IMG/VR virus record: IMGVR_UViG_3300031087_000527
Coordinates: 17,384-81,383 of that record
From: a virus
Taxonomy: Duplodnaviria; Heunggongvirae; Uroviricota; Caudoviricetes
Direction: 5' to 3' (one strand)
DNA: 64,000 nucleotides
In this document: piece after piece, positions 48,122 through 58,048 of the stretch
Position numbering within the stretch: the first letter of the stretch is position 1
Layout of the letters: each line of letters starts with the position of its first letter
Made by a program: the position numbers and the translations under genes
Notes under the pieces: model-generated
What the model was told of the DNA's origin: nothing
Database searches by the model: none
What the model saw: only the letters and a program-made list of their open reading frames with translations

Positions 48122-48436
48122 ATGAAAATGGCGACGACTGAAAAAGTAGTTGTGAAGAAAATGAAGTTTGCGCGTAAAGATAGTTCGGGGAACACGGATA
48201 CGCTGACTTGCTTTGAGAATGGTCGTATTGTTATGGTAAATCAGTTTGGCATTGTCATGGGCTTATCCAATGTCATGTTTAACGCTGGTCTAAAAACTGG
48301 CTATCAGGGTGAAGGTGATGCTCTGAAAGCAGCTTTGCGTGATGCGATCACGGATTACGGCGATGAAAATGCGAAGCAGGTCTTAGCTGCTCTGCAGAAA
48401 ATCACAAAGTTGAATGACTGGTCTATTGTGGCGTAA
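48122..48436 (+). CDS. hypothetical protein
   Basis: GAGG RBS. Confidence 0.8.
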   Translation: MKMATTEKVVVKKMKFARKDSSGNTDTLTCFENGRIVMVNQFGIVMGLSNVMFNAGLKTGYQGEGDALKAALRDAITDYGDENAKQVLAALQKITKLNDWSIVA

Positions 48437-48471
48437 GTAGCGCCAAAATCGTTTAATATTCAGGAGAGTTT

Positions 48472-48909
48472 ATGTCTGCATCAGTAGAAGTTAATAAAGA
48501 TGGTGCCACTTTTGGTGATGAAAGTTATGGTCGTACCGAAAACGGTTATGCCATGCATAAAGAAAGTGTTTTCGCTGAAAAGGAAGAGGCAATCGATATT
48601 GCTCTTGAGATTGTTTCTTACTACAAGCTGCATGAAATCGTTGCAGTTAAAGCGGAGATTGAAGGTTTTCACGGGCGCACGGTGGTCATGAAAAACGGCG
48701 ATTTTGTAGTTTATTCTCTGCCTTTCTCTCCATCAAGTTTTGAAGGTAATCTTCTGCGCGATATTGATGATGTGGGCGTGTATAAATATCAGGATGTGGA
48801 TCTCAAGAAAACCGTTGAGATTTGGAGTGAAGCTTTGCGTAATGCTCCATGCGAAGAAATGCTTGATCTGGAAAAAGGGCATAAAGCTTCTCTGAATATT
48901 TCCGCTTAA
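48472..48909 (+). CDS. hypothetical protein
   Basis: AGGAG RBS. Confidence 0.8.
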   Translation: MSASVEVNKDGATFGDESYGRTENGYAMHKESVFAEKEEAIDIALEIVSYYKLHEIVAVKAEIEGFHGRTVVMKNGDFVVYSLPFSPSSFEGNLLRDIDDVGVYKYQDVDLKKTVEIWSEALRNAPCEEMLDLEKGHKASLNISA

Positions 48910-49006
48910 TCTATAAAATCGCAAGATTTTTCTTGCGGTTCACTTCTTGTTGTCATATAATCTTTCTATCGAAACAAAACACTCATTCCACACTATAGGT
49001 AAACAC

Positions 49007-49639
49007 ATGAACAACGTTGCTGAACAAAAACTGAATGTTATCACCATTTCTGAGCTGATGGGTGTGCATATTGTTGGTAGCTGCACGTTATTATCTTCAG
49101 ACTTTAGCAAAGCTGGTCCGCATATTGCGGAGTTTGCTAAGGCTTTGCATCCGTTAGATGGTGATGTTGATGGTGTTGTTGAGGTAAAAGAAGTGTTGTC
49201 GGGTGTTGTGGGTCTGGTAGATGGATATGAAGTGATTAAGTTCATGTTCAACCCGATGATGCTGGATTTATGGATGGTAGGTTCATCTTCCGCGCTGCCA
49301 ACTAACATTGGTAAGGCTAAAGCTTACGTTCAGGCAATGGTTGAAGCGTATGCGTTGGCAAGCGATAAGAAAGCAAAAGACGAGCAGGCTGAGAAAGCTA
49401 AAAAAGCTGAGCCTGAGTATGTTGTTAAGCTGAATGATTACATGGAGTCGGCTTACGGCGGCTCAATGAAAAAGGTGTTTAAAGCCTACATCAACAATAA
49501 AGCTGCCTATACTGCGGAGTTGTTTCAGGGTAAATGGACATTCATCATAGGTAAGCAGGAAAGCCATGATATTCAGTGGATGCTGGCCTTTAATGAGGCG
49601 GTGAAAGGCATCACCAATCAGGTTAAACTTCACAAATAA
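49007..49639 (+). CDS. hypothetical protein (start corrected)
   Basis: Promoter, AGGT RBS, terminator. Confidence 0.85.
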   Translation: MNNVAEQKLNVITISELMGVHIVGSCTLLSSDFSKAGPHIAEFAKALHPLDGDVDGVVEVKEVLSGVVGLVDGYEVIKFMFNPMMLDLWMVGSSSALPTNIGKAKAYVQAMVEAYALASDKKAKDEQAEKAKKAEPEYVVKLNDYMESAYGGSMKKVFKAYINNKAAYTAELFQGKWTFIIGKQESHDIQWMLAFNEAVKGITNQVKLHK

Positions 49640-49726
49640 TAAAGCCGCCTTCGGGCGGTTTTTTGTTGTGCAAGAATCCAAGAAAAGATATAATAGAGAC
49701 AACATAATAAACATCTTGAGGAAAAA

Positions 49727-50254
49727 ATGAAGAACAAAGAGCTTATTGAACGTGTTGTTATTGCGCTATCGCAATCTGCATCTGAGCATAAGTTTTTCCT
49801 CAATGGAGGTTGCTCAAAACTGGTCGAGTATTTCCTTCCTTTTCTCAGAGAGTGCAAAGTTATTAAGCTTGCTGTTTTTGTTTATGCCAGAAGTCCGCAA
49901 GAGCAATCAGCATTAAGAAAAACATTGAGTGAGTCTCAGGAAGAGGATTTGCTGAGGAAAATAGAAGGCTTTGATATTCTAATCGATCACATTGCTCTTT
50001 TAAATGATGGGATGATTTATGATGCGCATGGCATCACTGAAAAGGAAATATATCAGCAGGAAATCATGTTAAGTAATAACTTTATGGAAGTAATAGAGTT
50101 TGAGTCTGATGACTATCTTGATGCTTTTATGAAGGCAGTATGTGGAAGTCATATTCATGGAAAAACGAGTAAGAAAGTGATTCAAAATAAGGTGGGGCGA
50201 GCAGTTAATCGCTGGATGGAGCAGAGTGAGCGGGTTGAGGATTTTGCCATTTAA
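49727..50254 (+). CDS. Cys-His-Asp triad protein
   Basis: NGGCSKL, DHIAL, IYDAHG. Confidence 0.65.
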   Translation: MKNKELIERVVIALSQSASEHKFFLNGGCSKLVEYFLPFLRECKVIKLAVFVYARSPQEQSALRKTLSESQEEDLLRKIEGFDILIDHIALLNDGMIYDAHGITEKEIYQQEIMLSNNFMEVIEFESDDYLDAFMKAVCGSHIHGKTSKKVIQNKVGRAVNRWMEQSERVEDFAI

Positions 50255-50331
50255 GAGAGTTAATCATTAAGTGTTTTTTGTTGTTTACATTAAAAGACTA
50301 TGGTAAAATAATGCTTTAATCCTGAGAGGAA

Positions 50332-51027
50332 ATGGTTATGTTTTTTGTTCAAAAATGGCAACATGAGCTGTCTCGTTATAGTTTAGATGCGCTTTTGAAA
50401 AAGAAAAAAGCAGAAACGCTGAACGATGCTGTAAACGCTTTATATGACGGTGCCGATAAAATCAGTAGTTCATATAACATTGTGGATAAAACCCGCCGTA
50501 ATGCTCCTACAACCCTTCAGCAGCGCCTTAATCGTGTATGGTTTACATTAGTGTTTTGGATTTTTATTGCTCCAGTGCGTTATGTCATGACAGGGTATAC
50601 TGGCTTTGATGAAAGAACGCCTGCAGGTCAGTGGGTCGCACGTCTTATCGGTGAGGAGTTTGTAGCTAAAGCGAGTGGCTATAAAGGCGGCTGGCAGAAA
50701 ACCCTTAGTCGTGAAGAGTTCTTAATTGTATTGAGCGAGAATGGCATTAATACGCTGGATGGTTTATATGACTTCCTGTTTCCGAATGACTATGATGATC
50801 GCTATGCGAAGTATTATATTGTAGAAAGCAAGAGTCAGGCAGACAATGCCAGCAAGCTGCAGCGTTTTAATCGTCTGTGGTTCGTGCCACTTCTGTTTGT
50901 CTATGTGGTGATTGCACGTAAAGTCTATTACATCATTCATGGTGATAATAGCGATCAGAAATACTCCGAAAAAACACGGTCGTTTCTGGCAGCATTGCTA
51001 GGTTGGGATAAAGACGATATTTTTTAA
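50332..51027 (+). CDS. membrane protein with an internal duplication
   Basis: WQ..L...Y.IV...LQR.NR.WF twice. Confidence 0.8.
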   Translation: MVMFFVQKWQHELSRYSLDALLKKKKAETLNDAVNALYDGADKISSSYNIVDKTRRNAPTTLQQRLNRVWFTLVFWIFIAPVRYVMTGYTGFDERTPAGQWVARLIGEEFVAKASGYKGGWQKTLSREEFLIVLSENGINTLDGLYDFLFPNDYDDRYAKYYIVESKSQADNASKLQRFNRLWFVPLLFVYVVIARKVYYIIHGDNSDQKYSEKTRSFLAALLGWDKDDIF

Positions 51028-51047
51028 AAAATAACAAAGGATATTCA

Positions 51048-51530
51048 ATGAATGATGTAAAGTTAAATCCAGGCGAAAGGCTTGATAAAGGTTATCTGGT
51101 TGTGTTCACATCTTGGGAAAATGATGCTGATCACTATCGTAGTGTTCAGACGAATGTTAAGACCAAAGCAGAAGCGTTGGTGTTGATGACTATTGGTAAA
51201 ATGTTCGGTTCAAAACATGAGCGCCTCTATCCGAGTTTAGGTAATGAAGAACATGACGATTCGCAGGCGCTAAAAGAGTCAGTTATTGAGGCTCTGGATG
51301 AAACGATTACGGATGAAGACCAGAAAGTAGCTCTAAGCGGTTATGTCCATGATGTATGGGCAGATATGGATGGTGAAGAGTTTTATTACTGGCTTACCGA
51401 AAATATTCTACATGATCCAGTAGAATATGAGGGAAATTTCTGTCGAGAGATTGAAGAAATCGAGTTGTATGAGGTTCTGGAGGATTTCATAATGCCAAAC
51501 CCAACTCTTCCAATCCGCAAAGTGGATTAA
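51048..51530 (+). CDS. hypothetical acidic protein
   Basis: GY....SWENDAD.Y. Confidence 0.8.
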   Translation: MNDVKLNPGERLDKGYLVVFTSWENDADHYRSVQTNVKTKAEALVLMTIGKMFGSKHERLYPSLGNEEHDDSQALKESVIEALDETITDEDQKVALSGYVHDVWADMDGEEFYYWLTENILHDPVEYEGNFCREIEEIELYEVLEDFIMPNPTLPIRKVD

Positions 51531-51617
51531 CTTGACTGAAGAAAAAGAGGCTGATGCCTCTTTTTTGTTGTCATTAATATGGAGAGATGCTATACTCTTT
51601 TTATCTTGTAGAGAGGA

Positions 51618-51983
51618 ATGATTATGATTGAGTATACGAATCAGGGCGTGTTAGCTGAGTTCTTGCGTGAGATGGCGAAGCTTAAGCCTAGCCAGAAATA
51701 TTTTCTGGTAGGAAAAGATTATGCGCCCGTGTTTTATAGCTTACTGAAGCATGGTTTTGAGACGGGCGCTATCAGGCATTCAGTGAGTATCTGTGTTTCG
51801 TTTTTTTATGCGGATGACAGTGTTGTTGCTTTTCAAATTGAAGATAAAGATATTTTGCGCTATCCTAACGGTAAGATGCGTTTCTTTAAAGAACATGAAG
51901 ACCGTCTTACTGAGCTGCTGACGGTTATCCCTGTGCTTGAAACGCCGGAAGAAGATCGCTTAGTCTACCTGGAAAACATCTAA
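51618..51983 (+). CDS. hypothetical protein
   Basis: Promoter, RBS. Confidence 0.8.
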   Translation: MIMIEYTNQGVLAEFLREMAKLKPSQKYFLVGKDYAPVFYSLLKHGFETGAIRHSVSICVSFFYADDSVVAFQIEDKDILRYPNGKMRFFKEHEDRLTELLTVIPVLETPEEDRLVYLENI

Positions 51984-52014
51984 TCAATAGCCTCTTTAAT
52001 GAGGCTTCTTTAAG

Positions 52015-52509
52015 GTGAAAAAGATGCCATTATATAACGAACTTCGCGCAATAGAATGTAAGCACGGCTATAAAATCCAGTATTTTGGTGGATGGTTTAA
52101 ACGCTGGAAGACGCTGAGTAAATGCCAATACGGCGATCCGAGTACTTATGGCATTGATGTGTTGCCTATGACTGTAATTCTTGATACGCAAGAAGATGCT
52201 GAAGAATACGTAAGAGCGCGTGTCACCATGATGGATCTGCAAAGCGTATCCGTTCAGGTATTACAGTCGCGCCAAAACATTCGCCTCGTCAGATACACTA
52301 CGAATGATGGCGTATTTTATCATGTTGAGGAAAAGGAGAGATCTTTTGGTGAGAAATGGCTGACGGCTGAGGCATGGCGCTTAAATCATGAAGAGAATGC
52401 GTGTGTAGACTTCCGCGATAAAGTGTTAAATAAAGCGGAAGTTTACATTAAAACGATTTTGAGGCATGAGGCAAGACGTGCTGCGGTTTATGAAAATATG
52501 CCATGTTAA
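52015..52509 (+). CDS. hypothetical protein, paralog of 52592
   Basis: N.LR....GY...Y..G..FKRWK; DGVFYH.EEK. Confidence 0.8.
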   Translation: MKKMPLYNELRAIECKHGYKIQYFGGWFKRWKTLSKCQYGDPSTYGIDVLPMTVILDTQEDAEEYVRARVTMMDLQSVSVQVLQSRQNIRLVRYTTNDGVFYHVEEKERSFGEKWLTAEAWRLNHEENACVDFRDKVLNKAEVYIKTILRHEARRAAVYENMPC

Positions 52510-52591
52510 ATAAAGAGGCTTCGGCCTCTTTTTGTTGTATATTTGACCATATTTTGATATTATAGCGCATAAAATCATAGAGGTTAATATT

Positions 52592-53119
52592 ATGGCATTA
52601 TTCAATCAGCTTCGCGTAGCAAAAAGTAATGATGGTTATCATGTTGAATATATGACAGGTTCTTTGTTTAAACGCTGGAAGGTGATAAAAAGAACGCGTT
52701 ATGAGTTCACAAAAAGCCTAGATGATTCTCTTGAGCTTGTTGATGTAAAAATGACTTTTCATCATAAAGGATGGGCGGAGGATTACATTAAAAAATGCCT
52801 AACAACAACAGACATTCGAGATATAAGCATGGAAGTGTTGCTTAATCTTGGTAAGGTCAGGCTGGTAAAATATAACGCTGAGGATGGTGTTTTCTATCAT
52901 TGGGAGGAAAAGCGCAAGCAGTCACAAGAGTTTGTTGCTATGGATGTATGGCGTTTCGATGATAAAACTGCTATTCCAGATTACTTTGAGAAAAACATTA
53001 TCAATCAATGCGAGATGCGAGCTAAATATTTTTATCATACATTGGCAAAAAGGAAGAACATGGCAGCCTCTGTAAAACGCTTTCACAAAGAACTCTCTTG
53101 TATTTTTTGCTGGTTTTAA
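52592..53119 (+). CDS. hypothetical protein, paralog of 52015
   Basis: Collinear similarity. Confidence 0.8.
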   Translation: MALFNQLRVAKSNDGYHVEYMTGSLFKRWKVIKRTRYEFTKSLDDSLELVDVKMTFHHKGWAEDYIKKCLTTTDIRDISMEVLLNLGKVRLVKYNAEDGVFYHWEEKRKQSQEFVAMDVWRFDDKTAIPDYFEKNIINQCEMRAKYFYHTLAKRKNMAASVKRFHKELSCIFCWF

Positions 53120-53187
53120 CAGGAATATGTTGTCTTTAATATGACAATACTGTATAATCTCTTTATTGAAAATATGAGGAAAAGCCA

Positions 53188-53370
53188 ATGTCATTAACAT
53201 TAAGAGAAGCTGTTGAGCGTATGAATGCCTATCTGGAAGCACATCCTGATCGTGCGGATTGTCCTGTTTATGCTCATGAGTGGGATGATCCTGAGTTCTC
53301 AAGTCAAGGCTCTGAGTTAGATATAGAGTTGCCTGATGGCTTTTCGGACACCATTCTTACTTTGTCGTAA
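53188..53370 (+). CDS. 60-aa acidic protein
   Basis: Promoter with paired motif, GAGG RBS. Confidence 0.75.
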   Translation: MSLTLREAVERMNAYLEAHPDRADCPVYAHEWDDPEFSSQGSELDIELPDGFSDTILTLS

Positions 53371-53391
53371 TCGTTTAATAAGAGGTCTGTT

Positions 53392-53937
53392 ATGAAAACT
53401 GAGACAATCAAATCAGCGCGTCAGAAAAAAGTAAATCTGAAGGAAGCTACTGCGGTTTTCTTTACTGAGACGCGTCATGCGAAAATGTTGATTACACCGC
53501 TGAACGATCAGACTGTAGAAAGCATTATGGCTGGTCTAAATAGCAAAGAGTTCGCTCTAATGGATCATGAGTTTGTTGTGTTGGCAGAGACAATCGATCA
53601 TGACGAGCCAAAAGTGGTAGGTCTGGTAAATAAGCTGGACACCTATCATGGTGAAATTACTGAGACTGATTTTAGCCTGGTGGATAATAAAACGCCTAAC
53701 TATATTACTGTATATTCCGTATCAGCTATGGATCTACTGAGTGTAGTGGATAGTATTATACTCAATACAGGCGATAAAGTGGTTGCAACGAACCCTTCAG
53801 CCCTGTATTTTGATGAAGATATGTGTTCAATCACCTTTGAAACGAACCGTTCTCATGCTGAGATTTTAAAAATCGTAGAAGCAACTAATACAGAAAAAGA
53901 TTGCTATGTTTGTGAAGAGCAAGATTGGCACTGTTAA
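53392..53937 (+). CDS. hypothetical protein
   Basis: GAGGT RBS. Confidence 0.8.
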   Translation: MKTETIKSARQKKVNLKEATAVFFTETRHAKMLITPLNDQTVESIMAGLNSKEFALMDHEFVVLAETIDHDEPKVVGLVNKLDTYHGEITETDFSLVDNKTPNYITVYSVSAMDLLSVVDSIILNTGDKVVATNPSALYFDEDMCSITFETNRSHAEILKIVEATNTEKDCYVCEEQDWHC

Positions 53938-53989
53938 TTTGCTAAGGCAAGAAAGATAATTATAAAGCCGCCTTCGGGTGGCTTTTATT

Positions 53990-54403
53990 TTATTTAAAGT
54001 GGCTCATTTGATCATTTTTAATGTAGTAGATAAAGACTTTGGTATTGTTGATCATTACAGAGGCTTGTCCAATAATTTTTGCATTTGATGTCTGCGAATG
54101 TAGAGATTGTGGTGAGTTTTTCTGACCATAGAAAATGATATTGTTTTCTTTATCAAGGAAAAAATAGTGAAAAGGCCTACTACTAAAATCAATGACTTCA
54201 TTGTCCTCTGATACATAGTGGGCATGTAGATTTTGTTGTCCGCACGGCACTTCAACTGAAGCGATTACATTGGCATTTTTACCAAAATAAGGACTCAGTG
54301 AGGTAAGACGCTCTGATGTTTGAGTGGAAGAAGAGAGAAACTCCGCATCGTAAAATGTGAAATAGTGAAACGGCTTTGTAAATAACTTCTGTTTTTTGCT
54401 CAT
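53990..54403 (-). CDS. hypothetical protein with an internal PFHYF repeat
   Basis: AGGAG RBS on the minus strand. Confidence 0.75.
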   Translation of the reverse strand: MSKKQKLFTKPFHYFTFYDAEFLSSSTQTSERLTSLSPYFGKNANVIASVEVPCGQQNLHAHYVSEDNEVIDFSSRPFHYFFLDKENNIIFYGQKNSPQSLHSQTSNAKIIGQASVMINNTKVFIYYIKNDQMSHFK

Positions 54404-54518
54404 GATTTAATCTCCTTTCTTATAACAATATCATATTTAATTAGGCGCAATCAAAAAAAGATTGCATGAAATGGCTGACCATGTTATATTGTCATTAAAT
54501 AAACGTATGGAGTTAAAC

Positions 54519-55451
54519 ATGAAAAAGCTTGATGGTCAGATCAATCTGCAGCAAGAGTTCGAGGCATTATTTGAGTTTGTTGAGTTGCGTTGGGTGACTA
54601 AGCCAGGGCTTCGCGAACTGTTGGAAAAGGTGTGGTCTAAAGGCCTTGAGCTGTATGCTGATACGGCGGAAAGCGAGTATCGTGTAAGCAATAAAATCAT
54701 GAAGCTTATCGATAGTGAGGATAACTATATCAATAGTTCTCTGACGGAAGCAGAGGAGTCTGTTGCTTCTCGTTCGCATCCTTATATTATCTTTTCACGC
54801 GCTTTGTTTACATTAAGTTGTTCCGGGTTGCTTAAGCAACCTGATGGCCTACGTTATTACGATATTGAGCTTATCATGAAAGGCTTGCTAGCTGAGTATC
54901 CTGAGTGCAAGCAGGCAAAGCCTAAAGGATGGTCTGCATTCAAGAAAAACTATACTGATTATGCGGGTATGGACGAATACAATGAGAAAGAGGATAAAGC
55001 TGTTTTCAATGGAACTGACATCGAACCAGATGATCGCTCTTTTGTTCTAAAAATCTCATTGCCTCAAGTGATGTATGATGATGTTTGTCAGGGAAATAAG
55101 GCCATTGTAGTTCTGATGATGGCGGTAGCTGATCATGCGCGTAAGTGTATTAGCCACAACAATGCGCTCAACTTCCTGGAAGATCTGGAAAAAGTAGAAG
55201 CTTATTTTTTAAGTTTGAAGGACGTTTCGCCTATGCCTTTTTCAGTATCCTTTGAGAATGTAACGGATAACAAGATTTTAGTCCGGGCTTTAGAAAAGGC
55301 GGCGGATGATTTTCTTACCGAAGAAGATTTTAAAGAACGAGTCATTCAGAGAGAAGAGTATCTGGCCTTGCCTGAAAACGAAAAGCGGCAACGGAAGGCA
55401 GACGCTGCACTGCGTATGCAGGAGATTCTTAAAAAAGCAATGAATAAATAA
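54519..55451 (+). CDS. hypothetical protein (start corrected)
   Basis: GGAG RBS. Confidence 0.85.
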   Translation: MKKLDGQINLQQEFEALFEFVELRWVTKPGLRELLEKVWSKGLELYADTAESEYRVSNKIMKLIDSEDNYINSSLTEAEESVASRSHPYIIFSRALFTLSCSGLLKQPDGLRYYDIELIMKGLLAEYPECKQAKPKGWSAFKKNYTDYAGMDEYNEKEDKAVFNGTDIEPDDRSFVLKISLPQVMYDDVCQGNKAIVVLMMAVADHARKCISHNNALNFLEDLEKVEAYFLSLKDVSPMPFSVSFENVTDNKILVRALEKAADDFLTEEDFKERVIQREEYLALPENEKRQRKADAALRMQEILKKAMNK

Positions 55452-55536
55452 AAGGAGGCTTCGGCCTCTTTTTTATTGTCATTAATAGAGCATTTTGGTA
55501 AAATAATGGCATTCTGAAAAGCTTCTTACAGGTGCT

Positions 55537-56055
55537 ATGATGAGTCGAAATATCACATTACTGAAAAATCATTTCTCTACGCCGAATGGTCTGGTTGAGT
55601 ATATAAAGATGGTTTCAGATCTGAAAGGATTTTTCATGCGTGGGGCGTGCAGTCAGTTAGCGAAAATCATCTATGATCACTTCATTAGCAAGCGTGAGAA
55701 CAGCTTTAAGTTGCTCTGTTTTGTTGAGAAAGAAGAGTATAACTTTAATGCAAGATCTTTAAAGAAAATGTCAGATAGTGATTTTCTTGATGCAGTGCGC
55801 TGGATAGGTGTCGCTCATGTGGCGCTGGTTGCTGGCAATCAAATCTATGATGCGCATGGTGTATCCTATTACTTTGAAGACGAATATGAGCATCCAGTTT
55901 TATCAAGAGATACCTTCTATTACAAAGAAATTAACTTACCTACAGTGGCAAAAGCAAAAGAAATCTTTGCTGATATTATGCGTGATCACCGCTATGGTCA
56001 TAAGAAACAGGCAGAGATTGCTGAGCGGATTATGCGCAGTGTAAAGTTTCGATAA
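55537..56055 (+). CDS. Cys-His-Asp triad protein, paralog of 49727
   Basis: RGACSQLA, AHVAL, IYDAHG. Confidence 0.65.
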   Translation: MMSRNITLLKNHFSTPNGLVEYIKMVSDLKGFFMRGACSQLAKIIYDHFISKRENSFKLLCFVEKEEYNFNARSLKKMSDSDFLDAVRWIGVAHVALVAGNQIYDAHGVSYYFEDEYEHPVLSRDTFYYKEINLPTVAKAKEIFADIMRDHRYGHKKQAEIAERIMRSVKFR

Positions 56056-56133
56056 TCTATAGATTTTTCTTGCAGCAGACCGCAACGTTTGCTATTATTA
56101 AGACAACAAAATAACTGCTTAAAGGTGATGAAA

Positions 56134-56751
56134 ATGGGTACAACTTGCATGCGTAATAATGATCCTCGTTTTAAAACGAATCAGGGTTTTTATGAGGCGG
56201 AGCTGATTAATAACTGGAATGCTAACTGTAAAGTTATTGATTATGCTGTAGTTGGAAAAACTATTTATGAGCTGATTGAGAAAACCGATAAAGACGGTGA
56301 GAAGGAAGTCTTTATCAGCACAATCCTGATTAGCCGTTTCCGTGGCAATGCAGACCGTGGAGCAGAAATCTGCTATAAGTATGTAGATGAGTCAATGGGG
56401 CCAACAACGCATGATTGTCCGGTCAAGTTCCTGAACGCGTCAACCTGTCAGGGTGAATATGCGGTTGCATGGCGTGAGCGTTGCCGTGGTTATCGTAAAG
56501 CGGTTGCTAAGCACAAGAAAGATATTGACGATATCTTTAAGAAAATGCCGCGTGGCGCAGTGGTGGAAATGGTTTATGGTGATTCTGTTCGTGTGGTTGA
56601 TGCGAGCTACAACAAAAACTGTTTTACGGGTTATCGCCTGAACCGTGATGATTCAGAAACACTATACAAATGGCGCTACAAAGATATTAAAGGTTTTGCT
56701 CTGCCTGATTCAGGCGTTGGCATCGAAGAGATAGTGGCAGAAGAAGCCTAA
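56134..56751 (+). CDS. DUF6927-like plasmid/ICE protein (start corrected)
   Basis: YK..DESMGP...DCP...L......A..WRERC. Confidence 0.7.
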   Translation: MGTTCMRNNDPRFKTNQGFYEAELINNWNANCKVIDYAVVGKTIYELIEKTDKDGEKEVFISTILISRFRGNADRGAEICYKYVDESMGPTTHDCPVKFLNASTCQGEYAVAWRERCRGYRKAVAKHKKDIDDIFKKMPRGAVVEMVYGDSVRVVDASYNKNCFTGYRLNRDDSETLYKWRYKDIKGFALPDSGVGIEEIVAEEA

Positions 56752-56903
56752 ATCTACAGGCCGCCTCCGGGCGGCTTTTATTTTGATGAGAGATATTCAT
56801 TTTAAGATAAAAGAGCAATCAAAAGAAATAAAATGCTTGCATAGAAGTCAGAAATCCGTATAATGACAACATACAAACAGTCATTCACTCTTAAGGGTAA
56901 AAA

Positions 56904-57242
56904 ATGGAAACGAAATTTGATATGAAAGCAGGTCTGGCGCAACTGAAAGCTGGCGAAATCAAAGCGATTGAGCTGGGTGTTGAAGGTGAGCCGGGTGGTT
57001 ATATGAGTGCTTTTATGATTCGTTATATGGATACGATTGGCGGTCGCCAGTTTGCTATTCATCATCTGTCTCGCGGTATGACGGGTAGTGGCATGTATTT
57101 TGGTGATGATGCTGAGCTGACTGAAAGCGAGGCGCATCGTTTCGCAGATAAGTATTTTAAACCGAATGCTAATCCGGCTGTTCAGGCGTTTCTTGAGAAA
57201 CATCGTAGCAAAATGAAGCCAGTGGATTTCTTCGCGGTATAA
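56904..57242 (+). CDS. hypothetical protein
   Basis: Promoter, RBS. Confidence 0.8.
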   Translation: METKFDMKAGLAQLKAGEIKAIELGVEGEPGGYMSAFMIRYMDTIGGRQFAIHHLSRGMTGSGMYFGDDAELTESEAHRFADKYFKPNANPAVQAFLEKHRSKMKPVDFFAV

Positions 57243-57287
57243 CAAACAAAGGGCCGCTTATGCGGCCTTATGAATAAGGAAAGTGCG

Positions 57288-57584
57288 ATGATCAAGGTCA
57301 ATTACGTCGATTACTATAGTTATGATAAGTATGAGAAGCTGATTGAAGGCAATCTGCCCGAAGGTGTTAAGCGCGTAGAAGCGTCGTATGATGGTGGTCG
57401 CGGTGCGGTTTATATTGGTGATGAAACTGTACTTGATGATTTAGGTGCTGGAGATTATAGCGTAGACCATAAAGGCGTAAGTCTATCTGTTGATCGCGGT
57501 CGTTTCTACTTCGGTGCTGATGGCGTAAGTTTTCAGGATCTCAGCGCAGGCTCTGATTTTAACTTTATCTTTGAGCAGGTCTGA
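57288..57584 (+). CDS. hypothetical acidic protein
   Basis: AAGGA RBS. Confidence 0.75.
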   Translation: MIKVNYVDYYSYDKYEKLIEGNLPEGVKRVEASYDGGRGAVYIGDETVLDDLGAGDYSVDHKGVSLSVDRGRFYFGADGVSFQDLSAGSDFNFIFEQV

Positions 57585-57630
57585 TAAAACATTCTGGCTC
57601 TGAAAATGGTTTTAAGAGAGGATTTTTCAA

Positions 57631-57951
57631 ATGAGTTTTTATGCTTTGCTTGAGAAGTTTGGCACACCTGAAAAAGCTTTAGAGCACTTGCTGGATGAAG
57701 GAGAAAGATCTTATCGGAAAAGCGCCCACGTATGGCACTGCTATAAAGATATACGTGGCGGGAATGACGTTGCCGGAGCCAAAAGCGTTACGCGTGAGAT
57801 GCTAAAAGGACGCATCTATACGGTAAACTGGTGTAATGATTCAGTGTCTCTGTTCTTTCATGATTGTATATGGATGGACAGGATAACGGGAAGAGATGCC
57901 CTTGTATTACAAACAAGATGTCAGGTTGTCATATATCCCACAAATGCGTAA
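57631..57951 (+). CDS. hypothetical protein
   Basis: GAGG RBS, terminator. Confidence 0.75.
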   Translation: MSFYALLEKFGTPEKALEHLLDEGERSYRKSAHVWHCYKDIRGGNDVAGAKSVTREMLKGRIYTVNWCNDSVSLFFHDCIWMDRITGRDALVLQTRCQVVIYPTNA

Positions 57952-58048
57952 TGAAGAAAAGGCGATTGCATCGCCTTTTTTATTTGGTTGATTATGACGG
58001 GATAAATGGATATAATGTCAATAATCGAAACGTGATGAGGTTGAAAAA

